Part shown: piece by piece, positions 11,801 to 21,588 of the stretch
Position numbering within the stretch: the stretch's first letter is position 1
Layout of the letters: every line of letters starts with the position of its first letter
NCBI GenBank assembly: GCA_036676395.1
Contig: JAKFCY010000002.1
Coordinates: 1-64,000 of the forward strand
DNA: 64,000 nt
Direction: 5' to 3'
From: Bdellovibrio sp.
GTDB taxonomy: Bacteria; Bdellovibrionota; Bdellovibrionia; Bdellovibrionales; Bdellovibrionaceae
Position numbers and translations under genes: made by a program
Notes under the pieces: generated by a model
The model's input: only the letters and a program-made list of their open reading frames with translations
Told to the model about the DNA's origin: nothing
The model's database searches: none

Positions 11801-11921
11801 GCCGATGGCGATTGCAGTCATTGGCGGGGTATTGGTTTCAACGTTATTAACATTGTATGTGGTGCCGAGTGTTTATAGCGTGTTATCGCGTTTTAGTCAT
11901 TCGCACCGTGAGCAGGAATAG
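8823..11921 (+). CDS. RND efflux permease (AcrB/AcrD/AcrF family)
   Basis: 1032 aa, SIKRPV start, TM4 GIVVDDAIMVLENI, TM10 KKNSILLVD, RLRPILMT. Confidence 0.95.
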   Translation: MTLSDLSIKRPVFAWMLMFGLIVFGAISFTRMGVSDMPDVEFPIIALTARYEGAAPEVIEADVVDPLEDVLISIQGIKNITSKSRVGVAEITLEFDLNRDIDAAFQDVQAKISQAQEMLPPAMEPITAMKIAISEFPIMWISVTSDKMKLNDLMVFVKNDIRDRITTVPGVGNLWMPGYLEPNLRVWVDNKALQQYALSINDVVANIQNEHREPPSGRTEYNKKEYSLRTLGEEKDVAKFSNILLNSRGGGPNFNPVPLSRVARVEEGTVDVLQFARTNGAPAVGLGVVKQRGANAVTVARGVKERIAEIQKTLPEGTNIVVNFDGTKFVEESVFELILTLMLAALLTSLVCWVFIGSWSSTINVLLAIPTSVLGSFIILNYLNFTLNIFTLLGLSLAIGIVVDDAIMVLENIIRHREKGKGRKEAAIFGAREITFAAVAASVSLIAIFLPIAFMEGIVGRFLFEFGVTLSAAVMISLLEALTLTPMRASQFKGSVERTSKFGHLFEAKFLRLRDFYHRTLEYSLNHRWKVIGGSVVFFVLSFGSAAFLKGEFQPAQDQSMLMIQITNPPGSAITLTDERAKLIEDYLKNRSEVNSYFVAAGGFTGGETNAAIVFVELKPKGQRGIDPEKKKELSQQELIEIVREYLVKALPDAKPQVQDPSTQGFGGGGGSGYPVEFTIQGPNWNELGKMAEQIIKEVTDKKVMTDVNSDLLTGAPEMHIIPNRQKASDRGVAVTAVGMAVNAGLGGAIAGSIEKAGHRYDIRVKLEEDGKSPKDRIMSLYVRNNRGELVPISSVVDIKEETVASSISRKNRERAITIFGNVGTGLSQQETLTKAEEIAKAALKEGYTFNLSGSAEEFMKSFIGLVVTLVLGFLVAYMVLASQFNSFIDPITVFVALPFSFSGAFIALLMGGQTLNLFSMIGFILLMGIVKKNSILLVDFTNQAREGGSDVRSALLEACPNRLRPILMTSIATIAGAIPAAMSFGPGAEARQPMAIAVIGGVLVSTLLTLYVVPSVYSVLSRFSHSHREQE

Positions 11922-11959
11922 AAAAAAAACTTAGCCGAGGGTTATAGCTCGGCGATAAG
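11922..11959 (-). terminator. Probable intrinsic terminator (minus strand)
   Basis: GCCGAG/CTCGGC stem at 11934-11953 followed on the minus strand by 8 T. Confidence 0.6.
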
Positions 11960-12113
11960 TAGACCTGAGAAGTTTTCACCGTGCACAAAGCGAGTTGTTT
12001 GTGACGAAGTCGGTTCTAAGCGAAAATAGTGTTCGCCATCAAAAAGCTCCTCCACATGGAGGATTTAAAACGACTTTAATTTTATTTCCTTTTTGCAAAG
12101 TTCCGTATACTAA
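11942..12113 (-). pseudogene. Remnant of an SRPBCC/polyketide-cyclase-like gene with internal deletion and frameshift
   Basis: Manual translation: GTLQKGNKIKVVLNPPCGG in one frame, then LFDGEHYFRLEPTSSQTTRFVHGENFSGLLIAEL* (12046-11942) in another; both resemble segments of one SRPBCC subfamily; the N-terminal part is absent. Confidence 0.7.
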
Positions 12114-12115
12114 AA

Positions 12116-13852
12116 CTAGAGCTCTTCAGCAAAAACCTTCTCGGTGATTTTCCAGTACTTATCTTGTTTTCGGGCGATGACAAACGCCGGCAGGCGAAAT
12201 AACTTTTGATATTTCACCACATCCATCGGGTTAGTGAATTCATCAGCTAGTTCTGGACGGCGCAAGTGCGAACGTAAAAAATTAATATTAAATTTCTTAA
12301 GCGAAGTCGGATTACTAAAAAAATGGGCTTCGCTGATGTATTGTGAATCCAGATCGTAATATCTGATTTCTAGATACGGATTAGAATTTTTATCTTTGCG
12401 TTCTTCAAACGAAATGCGATCTGGTGTAAGCACATGTGCGTTTTTAGAAAGCCTGGCTTGTTTTAATTTGGCATCAGCATCAATAAGTACAGCCTTACAG
12501 TTATCACAAGCTTTCGCGGTGATATCGTTTTCACCACCGCAGCTATGGCAAATTTTAGATCTGAATCTGTACCCACACGAAACAATCTGAAAGGTGTCGG
12601 GATCTTGTTTGGCGCCCCGGCATTTTCTGCCGAAGTGTTCATACACAATGCCATCATCATCTGCATAACCCCAAAAATCATTCACATGATCACACACCGG
12701 ACAAGGCACTTGCACAGCAACGGTATCTTTAGCAGGGCGTTTATCGCTGATTTCAGGGGTAAAGATATCATGGCCCATGCCGGTGTAATCCAGAATGTAA
12801 CAATCTTTTTTATCATCTGATAAGCGTAAACCACGGCCGACAATTTGTTGGTATAAACTATTTGATTCTGTCGGACGAAGAATCGCGATCACATCAACAT
12901 GAGGCGCATCAAACCCTGTGGTTAACACTGATACATTGACTAGGTATTTAAATTTTTTCTTTTTAAAATCATTAATGATGTCGTTACGTTCGCTCATCTC
13001 GGTATCGCCGATCACCATGCGGGCATCCCCTTTAGGCAAATAGCTCATAATTTCTTCAGCATGTTTAATTGTGCTGCTAAAAATCATCACACCTTTACGG
13101 TTATATTTTTCAGTGATGTCGATAATGTTTTTAATAATCAATGGGGTCAGGCGTTTTTGGCTATTTAGAATTTCTTCGATTTCAGCTGTGGTGTACGAGC
13201 GATTTTTTTCGGTTAATTCAGAAAAATCATAACAAGTGACCGGAATATCCACTTTTACCGGTTGGGTCAGAAATTTATTTTTAATCATGTACGACAGCGG
13301 AAGCTCGAACACACACTGTTTAAAAAAGCGTTTTTTCTCGGTTTTAAGTTCACCTAAATTTGAATATTCGTAAATCCAGCCTACACCTAAGCGATATGGT
13401 GTGGCTGTGAGCCCTAAAATACAAAGTTCGGGGTTACGCTCTAGCAGTTTTGTAATCACGCTTTGATATTGCGTTGAGCCTTCTTCATCGACACGGTGAC
13501 ATTCATCTATGACTAATAACGAAAAATTATCAAAAAAATTATCTGGCGCGCGCGCGACCGATTGTACACTGCCAAAGATAGCTTTGTGATCCCAGTCTTT
13601 TTTGCCAAGACTTGCAGAAAAAATTCCGGCAGATAAGCCATAGCTTTTATATTTTTCATAGTTTTGTTCAACGAGCTCTTTAACGTGCGCTAAAACTAAA
13701 ACGCGGCCTTTGGCAATCCGCGCTAGTTCTGCGATCACTAAACTTTTACCGGCGCCCGTAGGTAATACAATAACGGCAGGCACACGTTTTTTTTGAAAAA
13801 ACTTAATCGTGTTATTTACAGCCTGTTGTTGGTAATCGCGCAGTTTATACAT
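12116..13852 (-). CDS. radD: RadD/YejH-like SF2 DNA repair helicase with zinc finger
   Basis: [42 protein letters not shown]; 578 aa. Confidence 0.85.
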   Translation of the reverse strand: MYKLRDYQQQAVNNTIKFFQKKRVPAVIVLPTGAGKSLVIAELARIAKGRVLVLAHVKELVEQNYEKYKSYGLSAGIFSASLGKKDWDHKAIFGSVQSVARAPDNFFDNFSLLVIDECHRVDEEGSTQYQSVITKLLERNPELCILGLTATPYRLGVGWIYEYSNLGELKTEKKRFFKQCVFELPLSYMIKNKFLTQPVKVDIPVTCYDFSELTEKNRSYTTAEIEEILNSQKRLTPLIIKNIIDITEKYNRKGVMIFSSTIKHAEEIMSYLPKGDARMVIGDTEMSERNDIINDFKKKKFKYLVNVSVLTTGFDAPHVDVIAILRPTESNSLYQQIVGRGLRLSDDKKDCYILDYTGMGHDIFTPEISDKRPAKDTVAVQVPCPVCDHVNDFWGYADDDGIVYEHFGRKCRGAKQDPDTFQIVSCGYRFRSKICHSCGGENDITAKACDNCKAVLIDADAKLKQARLSKNAHVLTPDRISFEERKDKNSNPYLEIRYYDLDSQYISEAHFFSNPTSLKKFNINFLRSHLRRPELADEFTNPMDVVKYQKLFRLPAFVIARKQDKYWKITEKVFAEEL

Positions 13853-13878
13853 TTCAAGGCAAGTATAACCTTGATTAA

Positions 13879-14394
13879 TTAAAATGGCACTTCGATTTTA
13901 TAAACATAGGATTTTTTTGGCGGACCGTACGAGATAACAACGTCTTGAACGCCAGTATTAATAGCGCCGATTTTTTCCATCGCTTTTTGTGAGCGTTTAT
14001 TGTTTAAACCCACTTGAAAGTAGGTGGTCTTCACAAATTGTAGAGCGTAGTTTACCACTAATTTTTTAAGCTCTTTATTGAAGTTTCCGCCCCAGTATTT
14101 TCTGCTTAGAAATGTATAACCAATAATCACTGAAGAATCTTCTTTTGAATAATCATAAAAGCGGGTCGTGCCGATAATTTCATTGGTCGCGCGATCTATA
14201 ATAACTAGAGCACCTTTTGAAGCTAGGGCTTCATTAAAAAAAGGCTTAAACACTTCTGGTTTGTAGCGATCTGATTGCGGGTGTTGTTGCCAAATTAACG
14301 GGTCAGATGCAGCTTTTAATAAATTATCGTAGTCTGCTTGTTGAAGTGCACGCAGTTCAAGTCGTTCAGCTGTTAAAGTGGGTTGCAGATTCAT
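13879..14394 (-). CDS. GNAT N-acetyltransferase (RimJ/RimL-like)
   Basis: [34 protein letters not shown]. Confidence 0.88.
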   Translation of the reverse strand: MNLQPTLTAERLELRALQQADYDNLLKAASDPLIWQQHPQSDRYKPEVFKPFFNEALASKGALVIIDRATNEIIGTTRFYDYSKEDSSVIIGYTFLSRKYWGGNFNKELKKLVVNYALQFVKTTYFQVGLNNKRSQKAMEKIGAINTGVQDVVISYGPPKKSYVYKIEVPF

Positions 14395-14849
14395 AATTTT
14401 TTATCTTTCTTTAAAGATTGAATAATGCGGTCAAGCGTTGCTAAAAATTTTGACCGGGCTTGTTTATCCATCGGAGCCGGGCCGCCGCGAACTTCGCCCA
14501 TGTGTCGAAGATTTTGCATCAGTTCTCGGCTAGCAACGGCAGACCCTATATTGTCTTCGGTGAATTCGTCACCTTTGTGCCCTAGCACTCGGGCTGATTT
14601 TTTTACGCAACGTTCAGCTAATAAAATATCAGCTGTTACCACAATATCAAAAGCTTGGCATTGCTCGACAATCCAGTCATCGGCAGCATCAAAATTACCT
14701 TTAACGACAATCATTTCTAAAAGTGGATTTAGTGGCAGGTTTAAGGGTTTATTGGCGACAAGCACAATGTTGAGCTGATAGCGCTCGGCCACGCGATAGA
14801 CTTCTTCTTTCACGGGACAACCATCAGCATCTATAAATATTTTCGCCAT
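14391..14849 (-). CDS. yaiI: YaiI/YqxD (UPF0178) family protein
   Basis: [26 protein letters not shown]. Confidence 0.9.
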   Translation of the reverse strand: MAKIFIDADGCPVKEEVYRVAERYQLNIVLVANKPLNLPLNPLLEMIVVKGNFDAADDWIVEQCQAFDIVVTADILLAERCVKKSARVLGHKGDEFTEDNIGSAVASRELMQNLRHMGEVRGGPAPMDKQARSKFLATLDRIIQSLKKDKKL

Positions 14850-14881
14850 GGGCTTATGCTACACTTAAGTGCATCAATAAA

Positions 14882-15505
14882 TCAATGCGGATGCAGGCTT
14901 ACTGCCGGCGACATTCGGGTTAGCGGGTGGCTGATCGAGGTTTGTAATGAATCACTGAGATAGATTTTACATTTAACGATATAGGTTTCGCTCATGCGCT
15001 CAAGTTCTGATCGCAGAAACAAGTTTTCAACTAGCGGAAAAATTTGGTGCTCTTCTTCATGAATATGGTTTTTAACAAGGTTTGCGACAACTTTTGCTTT
15101 GGCTTCGATTTCTTCGCTCCATGAATCGCGATAGCCCATCTCTAATAATTCGCGCTCCATGCGAAAAGCCACATCATGCTCATCTTGCGCAGAAAAACCA
15201 GCTAAGCGCGCGTCTTTATCAGCATGATCGCGAAGGGCGGGATATAAAACTTCTTCTTCGGCTTTGCCGTGCATTTCAAGTAATCTAAAAAAACGAAATA
15301 GATGATCTTGTTTTTCAATATCGCTGGCCATCTTATTCATAAGAACATCAATAGATTGTTCAATAAAGTCGTGATGTCTTTCCATAAGCGGAATAAATTC
15401 CATTTCATCAATAAGGGCTTCATCTAAGCCTAACTGCACATCTTCTAATGGCAGGGCTTCATGCGGAACAATAGATTTAAAAAAGTCTTCGATAACATTA
15501 GCCAT
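14882..15505 (-). CDS. Hemerythrin-like domain protein
   Basis: HH..HGKAEEEVLYP..EH..HIHEEEHQIFP; AAGGAG SD. Confidence 0.85.
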   Translation of the reverse strand: MANVIEDFFKSIVPHEALPLEDVQLGLDEALIDEMEFIPLMERHHDFIEQSIDVLMNKMASDIEKQDHLFRFFRLLEMHGKAEEEVLYPALRDHADKDARLAGFSAQDEHDVAFRMERELLEMGYRDSWSEEIEAKAKVVANLVKNHIHEEEHQIFPLVENLFLRSELERMSETYIVKCKIYLSDSLQTSISHPLTRMSPAVSLHPH

Positions 15506-15561
15506 AAAATTCTCCTTTTATGCGCGTGGCATCGTAGGTAATGGGTACCTAGAAGAATAAA

Positions 15562-15577
15562 TGCAATCCATTCGCCA
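15562..15577 (-). promoter_or_regulatory. Candidate sigma54 -24/-12 promoter of hemerythrin gene
   Basis: Minus strand TGGCGAATGGATTGCA (GG-N10-GC). Confidence 0.55.
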
Positions 15578-15607
15578 CAGGGCAAATTGGTACTTAGCTG
15601 CTGCTTC

Positions 15608-16180
15608 TTAAGTATTTTTAACCACATCACCGATCGCATAGTAATTGCCGCCAGCGATGTGATGGATGCTTCTTAAATTTGGGTCTGCGGTTTCAAAATG
15701 CCAACGACCATCTTTGCAAACGCGTGTGTCGGCCCAAGCTGCGATAATTTCTACAACGAATAGATCATAAGCGTTTTGTATATGGGGTTCTGGAATCACT
15801 TTGCAGGCAAGCCATGCTGTACACCCTGCTACAAAGGGTAAATCAAAACCTTCGATATTAAATAATTCAACGCCGGCTTTTTTTAATTTGTCGGCATCAT
15901 CAGCTAAACTATGACTGCCCACCGCCGTAGTCAGTTGAGCTTGTGCAACCGTAGGCACTTGAATACATAAGTAACCAGTTTTATCGACAAATTCGCGTGT
16001 CTTAGTTTCGCTATCAATAACCACAGTTAATTTCGGTGGGGTAAAATCTAATGCACAGGCCCAGGCTGCGGCCATTACGTTATCCACACCCTCAAAGCGT
16101 GAAGACACTAAAACGGTCGGGCCATGATTAATTAAACGGTAAGCTTTAGCTAGCTCGACTTCAGCCAGATATGGGTTCAT
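15608..16180 (-). CDS. Flavin reductase family protein
   Basis: AYRLINHGPTVLVS..NVMAAAWA..YDLF; ATG 16180 after AGGAG. Confidence 0.88.
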   Translation of the reverse strand: MNPYLAEVELAKAYRLINHGPTVLVSSRFEGVDNVMAAAWACALDFTPPKLTVVIDSETKTREFVDKTGYLCIQVPTVAQAQLTTAVGSHSLADDADKLKKAGVELFNIEGFDLPFVAGCTAWLACKVIPEPHIQNAYDLFVVEIIAAWADTRVCKDGRWHFETADPNLRSIHHIAGGNYYAIGDVVKNT

Positions 16181-16327
16181 GAAAACTCCTTGAGAAAACC
16201 AGATTTCTAGTCCAGCGTAGTCTGACTTTTTCATCAAGTCACTTGCCTATGATAGATCTCATCAAATAGACTTTCTTTCACACCATCTGTTTATATATAA
16301 ACAAAAATTATTTTAGAGGAGTTCTAG

Positions 16328-16960
16328 ATGAAAACATCATTCGTATTAGCATTAACAGTTTTGACACTTGGTCTTAATGTATCAGCTAAAGATAAAAAAG
16401 CTGCAACAGCAGCTCCAGCAGCCGCAGTAGAAACTTACAAAGTGGATACAGCAGCAAGCACTGTTAACTGGAAAGGCACTAAAAAATTAGGTAGCTTTCA
16501 TGAAGGCACGATGGCTGTTCAAGGCGGATCATTCGCTGTTGAAAAAAACATGGTTAAATCAGGTGATGTAACTGTTGATATGACAGCATTAAAAAATACA
16601 GATATTAAAGATGCTGATAATAATAAAAAATTAGTTGGCCACTTATCTAGCCCTGATTTTTTCAATGTGGCTAAATACCCAACTTCGACTTTTAAAATCA
16701 CTTCAGTTACCGCTGGCAAAGCTAAAAACGAAATGACAGTTAAAGGTGATTTCACAATGATTGGTCAAACACACCCCATTGAATTTCCTGCGGTTGTTAC
16801 AATTGCCAATGGCCAAGCAACTGGTGATGCGACTGTAAAAATTGATCGCACTAAATGGGGTTTAAAATATAACTCTGGTAACATCATTAAAGATTTAGCC
16901 GCTGATAAAATTATCAACGATGAATTCGAATTAAAATTAAAGCTAGTTGCTAAAAAGTAA
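16328..16960 (+). CDS. yceI: YceI family lipid/polyisoprenoid-binding protein
   Basis: Signal peptide, YKVDTAAS.VNW.G, HLSSPDFFNVAKYPT, IDRTKWG. Confidence 0.92.
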   Translation: MKTSFVLALTVLTLGLNVSAKDKKAATAAPAAAVETYKVDTAASTVNWKGTKKLGSFHEGTMAVQGGSFAVEKNMVKSGDVTVDMTALKNTDIKDADNNKKLVGHLSSPDFFNVAKYPTSTFKITSVTAGKAKNEMTVKGDFTMIGQTHPIEFPAVVTIANGQATGDATVKIDRTKWGLKYNSGNIIKDLAADKIINDEFELKLKLVAKK

Positions 16961-16985
16961 TTAGAAATTAAATTTAGATTTCGCG

Positions 16986-17012
16986 AAAAAGCCCTACATT
17001 GTAGGGCTTTTT
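16986..17012. terminator. Bidirectional intrinsic terminator
   Basis: AAAAA-GCCCTAC-ATT-GTAGGGC-TTTTT between convergent genes. Confidence 0.9.
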
Positions 17013-17027
17013 AATTTAAAACAACAG

Positions 17028-17915
17028 CTATTTTAAATGAGTTTTGAAAAAATCGACAGTGCGGGTCCAAGCTAGTTTTGCCGCCGTATCATCAAACCTT
17101 GGTGTCGTGTCGTTATGAAAGCCATGTTGAGCGCCTTCATACATATGATGCGTGAAATTTACTTTATTAGCTTTAAGTGCCGCTACATAAGCTGGAACAC
17201 CTTTCACAATGCGTTCATCAAGTGAAGCATCATGAATTAATACCGCAGCTTTAATATTTTTTACTTCATCAACAGCAGGTTGTGATCCGTAAAATGGAAC
17301 GGCTGCTTGTAATTTATCACCCATTCTGACAGCTAAAGTATTTGAAATTGCTCCGCCAAAACAAAAGCCGACAACACCCAGTTTTCCGGTCGAGTCGTTG
17401 CGATTTTTTAACCAAAGTGCCGAGGCGATAAAATCTTCTGTCATTTTTTCGCGATCAACGGTTTTAAATAAAGCTCCGCCTTTTTCGTCATCTCCGGGGT
17501 AGCCACCAACACTGGTTAAGCCATCTGGTGCAAAAGCGATGAAGCCTTCAGTGGCTAAGCGTCTGGCGACATCTTCAACATATGGATTTAAACCGCGATT
17601 TTCATGCACGACAAGCACTGCAGGGTATATGCCTTTTTTTGCAGGCATTGCTAAATGACCCTTGATCATTCCATGGCCAATGGCAGAAACAACAGTCACT
17701 GTTTCAGTTTTAATGCGTTTATCATTTTTTTGAACTTGAATGGCCAAAGCGTAGTTTGGTTTAATCAAATCAAACATCGCGTTGATCGTCATGCCAGCGA
17801 TAGCAAACTTTGCCGCATGCATTAGAAAAGTTCGGCGATCCATTTCGCCGTGCACATAACGATCAAATAAAGACCAAAGCTCTTGCGGAAATTCGTCAGC
17901 AGATTTTCTTTTCAT
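17028..17915 (-). CDS. Dienelactone hydrolase family (YghX-like)
   Basis: FDRYVHGEMDRRTF, VHENRGLNP, GFCFGG nucleophile, HGFHNDTTPR. Confidence 0.9.
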   Translation of the reverse strand: MKRKSADEFPQELWSLFDRYVHGEMDRRTFLMHAAKFAIAGMTINAMFDLIKPNYALAIQVQKNDKRIKTETVTVVSAIGHGMIKGHLAMPAKKGIYPAVLVVHENRGLNPYVEDVARRLATEGFIAFAPDGLTSVGGYPGDDEKGGALFKTVDREKMTEDFIASALWLKNRNDSTGKLGVVGFCFGGAISNTLAVRMGDKLQAAVPFYGSQPAVDEVKNIKAAVLIHDASLDERIVKGVPAYVAALKANKVNFTHHMYEGAQHGFHNDTTPRFDDTAAKLAWTRTVDFFKTHLK

Positions 17916-18002
17916 GGGCCCAAGCATAGCTAGGCTTTATTTTGAAGTGTATTGAAAATCAGTCTTGAAGCGGTGAGCCTATTTTTATCAATTAGTTTTT
18001 AA

Positions 18003-18018
18003 TGGCGCATTTATTGCT
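18003..18018 (+). promoter_or_regulatory. Candidate sigma54 promoter of APC permease
   Basis: TGGCGCATTTATTGCT (GG-N10-GC); very close to the ATG, implying a near-leaderless mRNA. Confidence 0.5.
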
Positions 18019-18030
18019 CTCGCAAACGAT

Positions 18031-19299
18031 ATGGCAGAACTGAATCGTACCCTGGGTATTCCGATGTTAACGTTTTATGGAACCGGAATGATTCTTGGGG
18101 CGGGCATTTATTCAGTTATCGGCAAGGCCGCAGGTTTAACAGCTGAAAGCCTGTGGATAAGTTTTGTTCTGGCTTCGGTGGTCGCCATATTAACAGCTTT
18201 TTCTTATTCAGAATTGGCAGCGATGTTCCCCAAAGCCGGGGCAGAATATATTTATCTTGGTAAAGCTTTTAAAAAACAAAAATGGTTTGCAGAAACGGTC
18301 GGCTTTGCCATGGCTTTTTCTGGAGCTGCTACGGCCGCAACGGTGGCGCTGGCCTTTACGGGGTATTTAAATCAGTTCGTCGATGTTTCAAGTGCTATTG
18401 TTGCGCCCGCGCTATTAACTGCACTTACCGGAATTGCACTTATCGGTATTCGCACATCGGGGTGGACGAATATTATATTTACGTTAATTGAAATCGGCGG
18501 GCTGGGGTTAATTATTTATTTAGGCCTACAAAATGAAAAATTTGGTGAAGCTCTTTCGGCAACACCGCATATGGGAACACTTTCAGGAGCCGCGCTGATT
18601 ATTTTTTCTTTTTTCGGTTTTGAAAATATTGTGAACCTTGCCGAAGAATCTAAAAAACCAGAAAAACATATTCCTAAAGCTATTTTTATCAGTGTCGGTA
18701 TCGCGACAGTATTATATATCTTGGTCAGTTTTTCGGCGTTGGCACTTCTGCCGACTGAAAAGCTGGCGCAAAGTAGCGCAGCTTTAATGTCAGTCGCTGA
18801 AGCAAGTTCTGAAAAAGCCGGAAGAGTGTTAGGAGCGATTGCTCTTTTTTCAACAGCGAACACGGCATTGATTTCGATGATCGGCGCAAGTCGCATTCTT
18901 TACGGCATGGCTGGAGAGCATTCGTTGCCAGAAGTTATGGCTAAAGTGGCCTCAACAAAAAAAACACCTTGGGTGGCATCGTTAGTTGTTTTCATCACAG
19001 CTTTGGTTTTATTACCACTCGGAAAAGTTGAAACTGTAGCCAGTGTCTCGGCCTTAGCTACGCTATTTGCTTTTATCGCGGTCAATGTAACTTTGATTCG
19101 CTTGCGTTACATCGACGCCGATCGAGAAAGACCATTTCGTGTGCCGTTAAATTTTGGTCAATTGCCGATACTGCCCGTGTTAGGAATTTTATTATGCACA
19201 GCTTTTTTATTTCAATTTGAATCAACTGTGTATTTAGTTGGCGGATTATTTTTATCATTAAGCGCTGCTCTATTTGCGTGGCGCGGCCATCGCAAATAG
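18031..19299 (+). CDS. APC family amino acid permease
   Basis: GMILGAGIY, SYSELAAMFPKAGAEY, FFGFENI..AEE, about 12 TM. Confidence 0.92.
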   Translation: MAELNRTLGIPMLTFYGTGMILGAGIYSVIGKAAGLTAESLWISFVLASVVAILTAFSYSELAAMFPKAGAEYIYLGKAFKKQKWFAETVGFAMAFSGAATAATVALAFTGYLNQFVDVSSAIVAPALLTALTGIALIGIRTSGWTNIIFTLIEIGGLGLIIYLGLQNEKFGEALSATPHMGTLSGAALIIFSFFGFENIVNLAEESKKPEKHIPKAIFISVGIATVLYILVSFSALALLPTEKLAQSSAALMSVAEASSEKAGRVLGAIALFSTANTALISMIGASRILYGMAGEHSLPEVMAKVASTKKTPWVASLVVFITALVLLPLGKVETVASVSALATLFAFIAVNVTLIRLRYIDADRERPFRVPLNFGQLPILPVLGILLCTAFLFQFESTVYLVGGLFLSLSAALFAWRGHRK

Positions 19300-19356
19300 A
19301 AAGCATCCTATTATGACTTTCTTGCGCGAATTTTTTTAACGGGTATACTAAAAATT

Positions 19357-19800
19357 ATGAATGCATCAACGTTAGAAACAAAACTTCATACAGAAATTCC
19401 ATTAAGCCAGTTTATGCAGGTTAAAGTGATTCACGCTGATGAAAAACAAATTGAATTACATTGCCCATTGGGGCCAAACCACAATCACGTGGGCACAGCG
19501 TTCGGTGGGTCTTTAGCAACGCTGATGGTGTTGGCAGCGTATTGTCAGCTATTTAAAATAATTCATGAAACAGGGCATGTTTTATTAAAAACATCGTCGA
19601 TGAAATACATGCACCCGGTTGAAGAAACTCTGCGCGCAGTTTGCAAGGCACCTACTGAAGACCAGGTTAATAAGTTTAAAGAAGCTTTTGCTAAAAAAGG
19701 CAAAGGCCGCTTAACTTTATCAAGTCAGATTGTCTTAGCCGATGGCCGTATAGCTTGCGAAATGACCGGCGAATTCGTCGGAGTCGGTGACGATGTCTAA
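19357..19800 (+). CDS. YiiD C-terminal-like thioesterase (hotdog fold)
   Basis: IPLSQFM..PNHNHVGTAFGGSL. Confidence 0.85.
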   Translation: MNASTLETKLHTEIPLSQFMQVKVIHADEKQIELHCPLGPNHNHVGTAFGGSLATLMVLAAYCQLFKIIHETGHVLLKTSSMKYMHPVEETLRAVCKAPTEDQVNKFKEAFAKKGKGRLTLSSQIVLADGRIACEMTGEFVGVGDDV

Positions 19801-20155
19801 AGAAGAAATTGTAAAACTAGAACAAAGATTAAATGAAGCAGATGCCAGCAAAGAAATCGATACTCGTCATATTTTAGAAGAGCTGCTTGCGCCCACGGCA
19901 TTGATCGTAGGCCCTAAAGGTGAACTGTATGATAAAGCGTTTATTTTAAATGCCCACGGGCCAAAGCGCGTGCCGTTTGAAGCTGTCATCGTTGATGAAT
20001 TAAAAATTGATACTTATCCAGATACAGCGATCGTTTATAGTTTAACGACTTATAAAACAAAGGCAGAATCGTTTAAATTAAGATTTTTCAGAGTCTGGAA
20101 AAAGTTAGATAACAAGTGGCAAGTCGTTGGTGGCTCTACAACTATCGTGCCGTAG
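19793..20155 (+). CDS. NTF2-like / DUF4440 protein
   Basis: LEELLA..GPKG..DTAIV..RFFRVWKK..WQVV. Confidence 0.75.
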   Translation: MSKEEIVKLEQRLNEADASKEIDTRHILEELLAPTALIVGPKGELYDKAFILNAHGPKRVPFEAVIVDELKIDTYPDTAIVYSLTTYKTKAESFKLRFFRVWKKLDNKWQVVGGSTTIVP

Positions 20156-20166
20156 GCGCGTCAGTT

Positions 20167-21585
20167 TCATCGTGTCCTAGGTGGCGGAATAAGTTTCTTT
20201 TTGATTTGTTCTAAAACCTTTTCAGGGCTGCGCACGCGTAAGGTTACGCCATTTTCATTGTAGCTTTCGCTTAAGACACGAAGTTTAGATCTGATTTCGC
20301 CGATAACACCTTGAACTGTGTATGGAATAAAAATATCTTCATCAACCATATCAGTTTCAAAGTAACTCATGATTTTATCACGCATACGTTTTAAATCGTC
20401 TTTATCGCGCGTTGAAATCATAATTGCGTCTGGATATTCAACCATTAAGGTAGCAGCTTCATCTGCACTTAAGTTATCGCGCTTATTTAAAACTAACAGA
20501 CTTGGAATTTCGTCAGCGCCAACTTCGCTTAAAGTACTTTTTGTCACTTCTAATTGCGAACGAAATGAAGCATCAGAACTATCTACAACGAACAGTAATA
20601 ACGAAGCGTTTAAAGCTTCATCTAATGTTGATTTAAACGAAGCCACAAGGTCATGTGGAAGTTTTTTAATAAAACCAACAGTATCAGATAATAAAACTTT
20701 AGGACGTGTTTCAGGATAGATCGGGCGGATTGTCGTATCAAGTGTCGCAAATAACTTATCGGCCACGTAGATTTCACTGCCTGTCATTGCACGCATTAAC
20801 GAAGATTTACCAGCATTCGTGTAACCAACTAAAGCCACGCTGATTTCTTGGTCGCGGCGATTGCGGCGAATCTGATGTTGATTGCCGATAGCTTCTAATT
20901 CAGTTCTTAATTCTTTAATACGATCACGAACTTTACGTTTATCTAATTCAATCGCACTTTCGCCGACACCTTTACCGCCACCACCTTCACGGTCTTCGCC
21001 GCCACCAGTTTCGCGTAATCTTGGTCCTAAATACGTTAAACGGGCGATCTCGACCTGAAGACGAGCTGTTTTAGTTTTTGCATGGCGCGAAAAAATTTCG
21101 ATAATTACACCAGTGCGATCAAAAACAGTAACGCCAGTTGCGCTTTCTAAGTTTCTGATTTGTGAGGGTGACAATTCAGTATCAACGATAACAATCTGAG
21201 CTGAATTTCTTTTGTCTTCTGGAATTAAATTATTAGCTTCTTCGCTTTCAGGTTCTGAAGACTCAGTCTCAAGAGTCTCTTCAGATTCTTCAGGCTGTTC
21301 TTTATCATCTAACCATTTCTGTTTTGCTTTGCTGATTTTAACATCTACAACTGAAGCCACTACGCCGGTGCCGTTGGTCCATTGCGCTAATTCTTTTAAT
21401 TTGCCATCACCTAAAACTGTCATCGTACGGTCGCTACTGCGCTTTTGCGTGACTTGTCCAACAACATTGTAACCAAGAGTTGTCACTAGACGTGTTAACT
21501 CCTGAAGAGAGGCTTCAAGTTCTGCTGTAGAAACTTTCGGTAACTGAATGCCGACTAAGACTGCGCTTTTGACTGGTTTATTCAT
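20167..21585 (-). CDS. hflX: GTPase HflX
   Basis: DRTGVIIEIFSRHA, ARLQVEIARL, VGYTNAGKSS, LFATLDTT, DTVGFI, NKRD. Confidence 0.95.
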   Translation of the reverse strand: MNKPVKSAVLVGIQLPKVSTAELEASLQELTRLVTTLGYNVVGQVTQKRSSDRTMTVLGDGKLKELAQWTNGTGVVASVVDVKISKAKQKWLDDKEQPEESEETLETESSEPESEEANNLIPEDKRNSAQIVIVDTELSPSQIRNLESATGVTVFDRTGVIIEIFSRHAKTKTARLQVEIARLTYLGPRLRETGGGEDREGGGGKGVGESAIELDKRKVRDRIKELRTELEAIGNQHQIRRNRRDQEISVALVGYTNAGKSSLMRAMTGSEIYVADKLFATLDTTIRPIYPETRPKVLLSDTVGFIKKLPHDLVASFKSTLDEALNASLLLFVVDSSDASFRSQLEVTKSTLSEVGADEIPSLLVLNKRDNLSADEAATLMVEYPDAIMISTRDKDDLKRMRDKIMSYFETDMVDEDIFIPYTVQGVIGEIRSKLRVLSESYNENGVTLRVRSPEKVLEQIKKKLIPPPRTR

Positions 21586-21588
21586 GAA

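Noticed and set aside
11930..12080. Apparent structured ncRNA or glycine-riboswitch-like element (AAACTTCTCAGG, several hairpins) and a tiny SD-led ORF MANTIFA on the minus strand
   Set aside because: Lacks the GGAGA/CCGAAG core and a downstream gene; better explained as an SRPBCC pseudogene plus terminator
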